A stretch of DNA of 64,000 bases from Thermoanaerobaculia bacterium (lineage in GTDB: Bacteria; Acidobacteriota; Thermoanaerobaculia; Multivoradales; JAGPDF01). The position numbers were made by a program, and so were the translations under genes. The stretch lies in the NCBI GenBank assembly GCA_046331385.1, contig JAXLQW010000001.1, positions 384,188-448,187 on the forward strand, given 5' to 3'. This document shows positions 58,050 to 64,000 of the stretch, piece by piece; position 1 is the stretch's first letter, and every line of letters begins with the position of its first letter. Below the pieces are notes generated by a model that worked only from the letters and a program-made list of their open reading frames with translations, had not been told where the DNA came from and did not search any database.

Positions 58050-59015
58050 TCAGGAGAGCGCGGCGTCGAGAGCGGCGGGAGCCGGTCTCGAAGTCGAGGC
58101 CTCGAGATTCGATTCGGCTCTCGCCGCGAGGGTCGCGGCGACCAGGCCGACGAAGGCGATCCACACCGCGTTGGCGAGCAGCAGGTGGACGATCTGCATT
58201 CCGACCGGGGCGAGCAGCGCCATGTTCGCCGTGCCGGCGAGCATCTGCAGGAAGACCAGGGCGGAGAGTGCCAGGGCCCAGCGCCGCACTCCGGCGCGGC
58301 GATCCGCGCGCCGCCAGCGAGGAGCCAACCAGAGCAGCAGCACGCCGGTCGCGACCGCCAGCAAGGGGTGGAGCACGCGCAGGCGGAGGAGGAAGTGCGA
58401 CCCGGTCGAGAGGTCCTGGCGTAGCGCGGCGGCGAGATCGCCGGCGGGGAAGAGGGTGTCGCCGAGCGCCGCCACGGCGCCGCTCATCGCGGTCGCCACG
58501 AGCAGAGCCGAGGCGAGGCCAGCCTCGGCGAGGGTGCGGCCGCGTCCGGCGAGCCGCGGCGCCGGCAGGCCCCCCGCCCAGAGCGCGGCGAGTGTCAGCG
58601 CGGCGAGCAGCGCCAAGGTGTTGCCGAGGTGCACCCCCATCCACAGGGCACGCGCCACCGAAGCGTCGTCCGCCACCAACCGGAAGAGGACCAGGCCGGC
58701 GCCGACCGCGGCTTCGCCGAGCAGTAGGAGGAGAGCCCAGACCGCGCCGCGCCGCACCGGGTCGCCCGCCGGGCGGGCGCGAAAGGCCGAGACCAGGAGG
58801 GCCACGCCGGCGAGCAGTGCCGCGCCGCTCGACAGACGGTGGGAGTACTCGATCAGCGTCTCGAGACGCGGAGCGCGCGGCACCACGTCGCCGTTGCACA
58901 GCGGCCAGTGGGCGCCGCAGCCAGCCCCGGAGCCGGTAGCGCGGACGATCGCTCCCCACAGAATGACCGCCAGATTGAGACCCAGGACAAACCAAGCGAA
59001 GCGCGCCAGACGCAC
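58050..59015 (-). CDS. ctaA: COX15/CtaA family heme A synthase-like protein
   Basis: VRATGSGAGCGAHWPLCNG, IEYSHRL, HLGNT, HPLLA, HLLLA. Confidence 0.8.
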   Translation of the reverse strand: MRLARFAWFVLGLNLAVILWGAIVRATGSGAGCGAHWPLCNGDVVPRAPRLETLIEYSHRLSSGAALLAGVALLVSAFRARPAGDPVRRGAVWALLLLLGEAAVGAGLVLFRLVADDASVARALWMGVHLGNTLALLAALTLAALWAGGLPAPRLAGRGRTLAEAGLASALLVATAMSGAVAALGDTLFPAGDLAAALRQDLSTGSHFLLRLRVLHPLLAVATGVLLLWLAPRWRRADRRAGVRRWALALSALVFLQMLAGTANMALLAPVGMQIVHLLLANAVWIAFVGLVAATLAARAESNLEASTSRPAPAALDAALS

Positions 59016-59040
59016 GCGGTGATGATAGCGCCCGGGGGCT

Positions 59041-60054
59041 TCAGGACGCGGCCGCGACCGACGCGGCCGCCAGCTCGGCGCGCACCTTGTCGAGATCGAG
59101 GCCGTGGAATCCGCGCCGGCCGCCGGCTTCGAGCAGGCCGCGGGCCGCCGCGGGCCGGCCGCGGTGCAGCTCGAGCATGGCCCGCGCCGCCCAGACGTTG
59201 GGTCGCATCGGGCGTTCGACCAAGCCGAGCGAGCGTTCGAACGCGGCGTCGATCTCCGCCTCGTCGAAGTCCTCGAAGGCGAGCGGCGTCAGCATCGCGG
59301 CGGGGATCGCGCGCTCCAGGCGGAAGACCATCGACCCCGAGTAGGGCACGTGCAGCACGGGCGCGAAGTATTCCCGCAGCCGCCAGTGCGACAGGTGAAC
59401 CCAGGGGGTGAAGAAGTGCGCGAAGTCCTGTTCGACGAGAATCCCCGATCCCGGGATCAAGCAGGGCACGAAATCGCGCCGGATGCTGTTGCCGAGCTCG
59501 AGGGTCTTCGAGGCGTCGTTGAACACCAGGGCGAGCGGCTGGCCGAACGGCCAGCCGACGACATTCAGGTCGCCGGCGTGGATCGTGACCAGCTCGCGCC
59601 AGGGAGCGATCCGCTGCTCGAACTGCGGCAGGAAGCTCGAACCGGGAGCGAGACGGCCGGCGAGGCCGGTGCCGGCCAGGGTGTCCTCCATCCAGGTTTC
59701 CCAGAGGAAGAGATCGAAGGCGTGGATCCGTCCCCGCTTCTCGGCCACCGCCGGGTTCTCCGCCAGCCCCTGCGCGAGCGGAATGGTGGAAGAGCCGAAC
59801 CAGCAACCGAGATCGGCGATCTCGCCCTCGCCGCGGTAGGAGCGGCGAGCGAAGTCGTAGAGCCAGGACTGCTCCTCGGGCGTCGTCATGCCGAGCAGAT
59901 CGCCGACCGGCGGTCGAATCTTCAGGAAGGCGTGGCGGGGGAAACGGCGGGTGACCGCGCGCCGCGACTGGTGCGCCAGCATCCGGGCGAAGGCGACGGG
60001 ACCCTGGCGGGCGAGCAGACGGAAGCCGCGGGCCGCATCGCGGACGAGACGCAT
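59041..60054 (-). CDS. Putative class I SAM-dependent methyltransferase-like protein
   Basis: GMTTPEE, IADLGCWFGSST, HAFDLF, LVFNDASK, LVEQDF. Confidence 0.6.
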   Translation of the reverse strand: MRLVRDAARGFRLLARQGPVAFARMLAHQSRRAVTRRFPRHAFLKIRPPVGDLLGMTTPEEQSWLYDFARRSYRGEGEIADLGCWFGSSTIPLAQGLAENPAVAEKRGRIHAFDLFLWETWMEDTLAGTGLAGRLAPGSSFLPQFEQRIAPWRELVTIHAGDLNVVGWPFGQPLALVFNDASKTLELGNSIRRDFVPCLIPGSGILVEQDFAHFFTPWVHLSHWRLREYFAPVLHVPYSGSMVFRLERAIPAAMLTPLAFEDFDEAEIDAAFERSLGLVERPMRPNVWAARAMLELHRGRPAAARGLLEAGGRRGFHGLDLDKVRAELAAASVAAAS

Positions 60055-60097
60055 CGAAGGAGAGTCTATCGGGAGCGAGCCGGCGGGCTCAGGCGGC

Positions 60098-61522
60098 TCA
60101 GTGCGCGTTCAGCCGCAAGCCGTGGCGGATGGTCATCCAGAGGATCTTGAAATCCAGACCGATCGACCAGTTCTCGATGTAGTAGAGGTCGTACTCGAGG
60201 CGCTTGCGGATCGAGGTGTTGCCGCGCCAGCCGTGCACCTGCGCCCAGCCGGTGATCCCGGCCTTGACCCGGTGACGCAACATGTACTGCGGCAGGCGCT
60301 GCTTGAATTCCTCGACGAAGGTGGGGCGCTCGGGGCGCGGACCGACGAGCGACATGTCGCCGACCAAGACGTTCCACAATTGCGGCAGCTCGTCGATCGA
60401 CCAGCGGCGCAGGAAGCCGCCGACCCGGGTGCGTCGCGGATCGTCCTTGGTCGCCCAGATGGGACCGGTCGTGGCTTCGGCGTTGACCCGCATCGAGCGG
60501 AATTTCCAGATCATGAACGGGCTGCCGTCGAGCCCCATGCGCTCCTGGCGGAAGAGGATCGGGCCGTGGTCCTCCACCCAGATCGCCAGGGCGACGAGCG
60601 GGAAGAGCGGCGCGACGACGAGCAGGCCGGCGGCCGAGAAGGCGAGATCGACCATCCGCTTCACCAGGCTGTGCCAGCCCTGGAGCGGTACCTGCGAGAG
60701 GTTGATGACCGGCGTGCCGTCGAGGTCCTCGAGCGTGGCGCGCAGGGTCGCGTACTGCAAGATGTCGGGCACCAGCTTCACTTCGACGCACTCGCTGCCG
60801 ATCTCCTGCAGCACCCGCAGCATCTTGCGGTGGGCCTCGAGCGGCAGGGCGACGAAGACCTGCTCGATGCGGTGTTCGGCGAGCACCGCGGCGATCTGCC
60901 GGGTCGTGCCGAGGACCGGTGCTCCGTAGAAAACGCGGCCGGCCTTGCCCGGGTCGTCGTCGAGGAAGCCGACCACCTGGAGACCGAGCTCGTGGTGGGC
61001 GGCGAGCTTCTGCGTGACCTCGAGGCCGAGCTTGCCGGCGCCGACGACCAGGATCCTCTGCGTCCTGCCGGCGTGGAGCTGGGCGCTGCGCAGCAGGCCG
61101 GTCGCCCCGAGGCGACTGAAGACCACCAGCGGCACCTCGAGCAGGGCGAAGAGGGCGAGGAAGGCACGGCTGTAGGTGAAAGGCTCGAGGCTGCCGGGTG
61201 CGGCTGCCGGGCGGTACCAGGCGAGGATGCCCGAGAGCAGCACCGTGCCGAGCACGACCGCCAGGAGCACCGAGACCGACTCGTCCACCCGGCTGCGGTT
61301 GGTCCGCGCCTGGTAGAGGCCGTGGAAGTAGAAAACGAGGGGGAACAGGACCAGCGCGACCGGCAGGAGCTCGAGGTAGCGACGGAACTCGGGTTCGGTC
61401 TTGGTGAGCGGGATGACCTCGTACTCGAAACGGAGCAGCCAGGCGCCCAGGAACGCGGCGGCCGTGGCGGCGAGATCCCCGAAAAACAGCACGGCCGACG
61501 AGATTCTGTGTCGCTCTTGCAT
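60098..61522 (-). CDS. Undecaprenyl-phosphate glucose phosphotransferase (WcaJ-like priming GT)
   Basis: KRMVDLAFS, FRQERMG, KFRSM, DELPQLWNVLVGDMSLVGPRPERP, GITGWAQV, YIENWS. Confidence 0.93.
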   Translation of the reverse strand: MQERHRISSAVLFFGDLAATAAAFLGAWLLRFEYEVIPLTKTEPEFRRYLELLPVALVLFPLVFYFHGLYQARTNRSRVDESVSVLLAVVLGTVLLSGILAWYRPAAAPGSLEPFTYSRAFLALFALLEVPLVVFSRLGATGLLRSAQLHAGRTQRILVVGAGKLGLEVTQKLAAHHELGLQVVGFLDDDPGKAGRVFYGAPVLGTTRQIAAVLAEHRIEQVFVALPLEAHRKMLRVLQEIGSECVEVKLVPDILQYATLRATLEDLDGTPVINLSQVPLQGWHSLVKRMVDLAFSAAGLLVVAPLFPLVALAIWVEDHGPILFRQERMGLDGSPFMIWKFRSMRVNAEATTGPIWATKDDPRRTRVGGFLRRWSIDELPQLWNVLVGDMSLVGPRPERPTFVEEFKQRLPQYMLRHRVKAGITGWAQVHGWRGNTSIRKRLEYDLYYIENWSIGLDFKILWMTIRHGLRLNAH

Positions 61523-62643
61523 CACGCGATCAGTTCCTCCGCTTCCGGCCAAAATCTCACGAGCGTCCCGCGCAGCCTGGCGGCAAACAAGGGGGCCGCG
61601 AAACGCTCGGCCCGGCTGCGAAGGTTCACCAAATTGAACTGCATTCCTCGACTTTTGTCAATCGCGGCGGCCAGCGCGGCCGCCGGATCGCCTTCCTGCG
61701 CCGTGTAGAGCAGCCCATGCTGGCCCGATTCCACGATGTCGAGGACCCCGCCTTCGGCGAGCGCGACCACCGGGGTTCCGCTGGCCAGCGCCTCCACGGT
61801 GGCGATGCCGAAGTCCTCGATTCCGGGCTGGATGAAGCATATCGCCTGGCGGTAGAGCGCTGCCAGCTCGGCGTCCGAAACCCGCCCGGCGAGCCGAATT
61901 CCAGGTCCCGCCAGGCGCTCGAGCCGGGCGCGCTCGGGGCCCGTGCCGACGACCACCAGCTCGATTCCCAGCCGTCCGCAGGCTTGAATCGCGATTTCCA
62001 CTTTTTTGTAAGGCGCGAGCGCAGCCACCATCAGCGCATGGCGCCGGGGCTCGCCCTCGGCGGCGACCGGGAAGGCCTCGAGATCGACCGGCGGCGGCAC
62101 CACTTCCGCCGTTCGTCCGTAGTAGCGCGCGATCCGGCCGGCGACGAAGCTCGAATTGGCGACGAAATGGTGTACCCGCGGCGCGCTGCGGACATCCCAA
62201 CGGCGGAGGCCGGCGAGCACCCGTCGCCGCACCAGCGCCAGCGCTCCGCGACGTTCTGGGAAGTAGGCCTCTTCCTGGTCCCAGGCGTAACGCACCGGCG
62301 TGTGGCAGTAGCACAGGTGGCGAGCGCCCGGCCCCGGGATCACCCCTTTGGCGACGCAGTGGCTGGAGGAGACGAGCAGCCGGTGGTCGCCGACCGGCAG
62401 CTCCTCGGCCGCTTTCGGGAACAGCGGCAGGTAGTTGCGATACCAGCGCTCGGCGCCGGGAGCCCCCTGCAGGAAGCTGGTGACGATCGGGTGCGCCTCG
62501 ATCGCCGGCGAGACGCTGCCGGGGAAGTGGAACAGGGTGTAGATCGGCGCCGAGGGGAAGAGCCGGGCGATGGCCTCGAGGACCTTCTCGCCGCCGCGCA
62601 TCCCGGTCAGCCAGTCGTGCACCAACCCCACGGGATGATTCAT
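61522..62643 (-). CDS. GT4 glycosyltransferase
   Basis: HDWLTGMRGGEKVL, SSSHCVAKG, YCHTPVRYAW, EDFGIATVEA. Confidence 0.92.
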   Translation of the reverse strand: MNHPVGLVHDWLTGMRGGEKVLEAIARLFPSAPIYTLFHFPGSVSPAIEAHPIVTSFLQGAPGAERWYRNYLPLFPKAAEELPVGDHRLLVSSSHCVAKGVIPGPGARHLCYCHTPVRYAWDQEEAYFPERRGALALVRRRVLAGLRRWDVRSAPRVHHFVANSSFVAGRIARYYGRTAEVVPPPVDLEAFPVAAEGEPRRHALMVAALAPYKKVEIAIQACGRLGIELVVVGTGPERARLERLAGPGIRLAGRVSDAELAALYRQAICFIQPGIEDFGIATVEALASGTPVVALAEGGVLDIVESGQHGLLYTAQEGDPAAALAAAIDKSRGMQFNLVNLRSRAERFAAPLFAARLRGTLVRFWPEAEELIA

Positions 62644-63764
62644 CGCGGGTCTCCGCCGGTCGACGAGATCGCGGCCCGATAGACGTCGATCGTCCGCCGC
62701 CCCGCCGCCTCCCAAGTGAGCGGCGCCACCCGCCGGCGCCCGGCCTCGCGCATCCCGAGCGCCAGATCGCGGTCGGCGAGCAGGCGCGCGGCGGCAGCCG
62801 CGAAGGCTGCCGGCTCACCAGCCGGCGCGAAAAGGGCGGCGTCGCCCGCGACCTCGCGGTGGGCGGGAATGTCCGATGCCACCACCGGACAGCCGGCGGC
62901 GAGCGCTTCGCCGACCGCGAAGCCGAAGCCCTCGTAGAGCGACGGCGAGAGCAGGAGTTCGGCGCCGCGGTAGAGCGCCGGCAAGAGCTCAGGCGGCACG
63001 AAGCCGAGAGCCCGCACGCGGTCCTCGACCCCGGCGCCGCGCGCGGCCGCGACGATCTCGGCGCTCGCGCCGGTGCCCGCGAGGGCCAGCGGCGGCGAGC
63101 CCTCCTCCGCCCCGAGTCGCGCCAACGCCGCGAGCGCGGTCGGCAGGTCCTTGTGGCGCTTCGGATTGCCGACGAAGAGCAGGTAGGGCCGGCGCAGCCC
63201 GAGCCGCGCGAGCGCCGCGGGCACGGCGCCGTCGGTCACCTGGCGAAAGGCCTCGTCGATGCCGTTGGGCACCACGACGACCTTCTCGGGCGGCATCCTG
63301 GGCGAGCGCGAGAGCACGTCCCGGCGCGTGGTCTCGGAGACCGCGATCACCCGCCGCGAGGCGCGGAGCGCCCGGCGGAGCATGAAGCGGGCGTAGGGAA
63401 GTCCGAGGCGGCTGGGAAGGAACTGCGGGAAGAGGAGGTGGATGACGTCGTGCACGGTGACCACGAACGGCGCGCCGAGAGCGAAAGGGACGACATAGTG
63501 TGGCGCGTGGAACAGGTCGAGGCGCTGACGGCGCACCTTGAGGCCCACTTGCACCAGCTCGCGCGCCGAGTAGCCGCGGCTGCCGTCGTCGATCCAGCGC
63601 ACGGAAGCGGGCAGGCCCGGCAGGAGCGACCGGCCCGAGGGGCGGGCGAACAGCGTCACGTCGAATTCGGCGGAGCGGCGCGCGAGCTCGAGGACGAGGT
63701 GACGGACGTACGTGCCGATGCCGAAGTCGGCGAGCTTGCGGGCGTCGAGTCCGAGCCGGATCAT
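62640..63764 (-). CDS. GT4 glycosyltransferase
   Basis: DFGIGTY, VVTVHD, VSETT, KRHKD, SLYEGFG...EALAAG, SDIP. Confidence 0.92.
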   Translation of the reverse strand: MIRLGLDARKLADFGIGTYVRHLVLELARRSAEFDVTLFARPSGRSLLPGLPASVRWIDDGSRGYSARELVQVGLKVRRQRLDLFHAPHYVVPFALGAPFVVTVHDVIHLLFPQFLPSRLGLPYARFMLRRALRASRRVIAVSETTRRDVLSRSPRMPPEKVVVVPNGIDEAFRQVTDGAVPAALARLGLRRPYLLFVGNPKRHKDLPTALAALARLGAEEGSPPLALAGTGASAEIVAAARGAGVEDRVRALGFVPPELLPALYRGAELLLSPSLYEGFGFAVGEALAAGCPVVASDIPAHREVAGDAALFAPAGEPAAFAAAAARLLADRDLALGMREAGRRRVAPLTWEAAGRRTIDVYRAAISSTGGDPR

Positions 63765-64000
63765 CGCCCCCAGCCCGCCTCGGCCAGAACCTCGGCGAAG
63801 ATCGCGCGCAGCCGGCGCGCGGCGCGGTCCCAGCGGTAGAGGTCGGCGCGCGGCGGACCGGCAGCGGCCAGCCGAAGCGCGAGATCTGGATTCGCCACCA
63901 GGTCGAGCAGCACGGCGGCGAGATCCTCCGGGTCGTCGGGGTCGACGACCGCGGCGGCGTCGCCCACCACCTCGACCAGGCTCGGCGTGCGCGAGACGAT
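63761..64000 (-). CDS. GT4 glycosyltransferase C-terminus, 5'-truncated by window edge
   Basis: SRTPSLVEVVGDAAAVVDP...YRWDRAA typical GT4 tail. Confidence 0.8.
   Translation of the reverse strand: MVSRTPSLVEVVGDAAAVVDPDDPEDLAAVLLDLVANPDLALRLAAAGPPRADLYRWDRAARRLRAIFAEVLAEAGWGR

Overview
Very GC-rich bacterial chromosomal segment. Gene content and style suggest Acidobacteriota, possibly Thermoanaerobaculia-like (inference, not a database result). About 54 CDS, mostly housekeeping, envelope and stress genes: suhB, M23 peptidase, tandem PilZ protein, bacilliredoxin, pruA, TonB receptor, PAS-GGDEF-EAL, imuA-imuB without dnaE2, lhgO, patatin, PlsC, nfeD-slipin, SPOR, lnt, frameshifted prfB, a PAP2/methyltransferase/GT4/Nudix operon, kup, class II photolyase, metal ABC genes plus a Fur-family regulator, large secreted propeller and nuclease-like proteins, DAACS and APC transporters, CtaA, and the end of a polysaccharide cluster. 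No rRNA, tRNA or CRISPR array was recognised. The main unexplained features are five. (1) A modular ~143-147 bp intergenic repeat family occurs as two three-unit arrays (~21.6-22.1 kb and ~44.55-46.07 kb). An intact IS481 has inserted into a CCTAGG site of the second array and takes its stop codon from that target. (2) A REP-like inverted-repeat cluster at ~18.5-18.7 kb shares a terminal motif with those arrays. (3) An uncharacterised DinB + NRDE + (alpha/beta-hydrolase-DedA-ATP-grasp fusion) operon. (4) A TTACGCC-N4-TTACGCC direct repeat in the imuA promoter, a candidate divergent LexA box. (5) Many TANNNT elements lie 6-9 nt before start codons, suggesting leaderless mRNAs; in one case the expected start position is an ATC codon. 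Start codons were chosen by eye and no searches were run.
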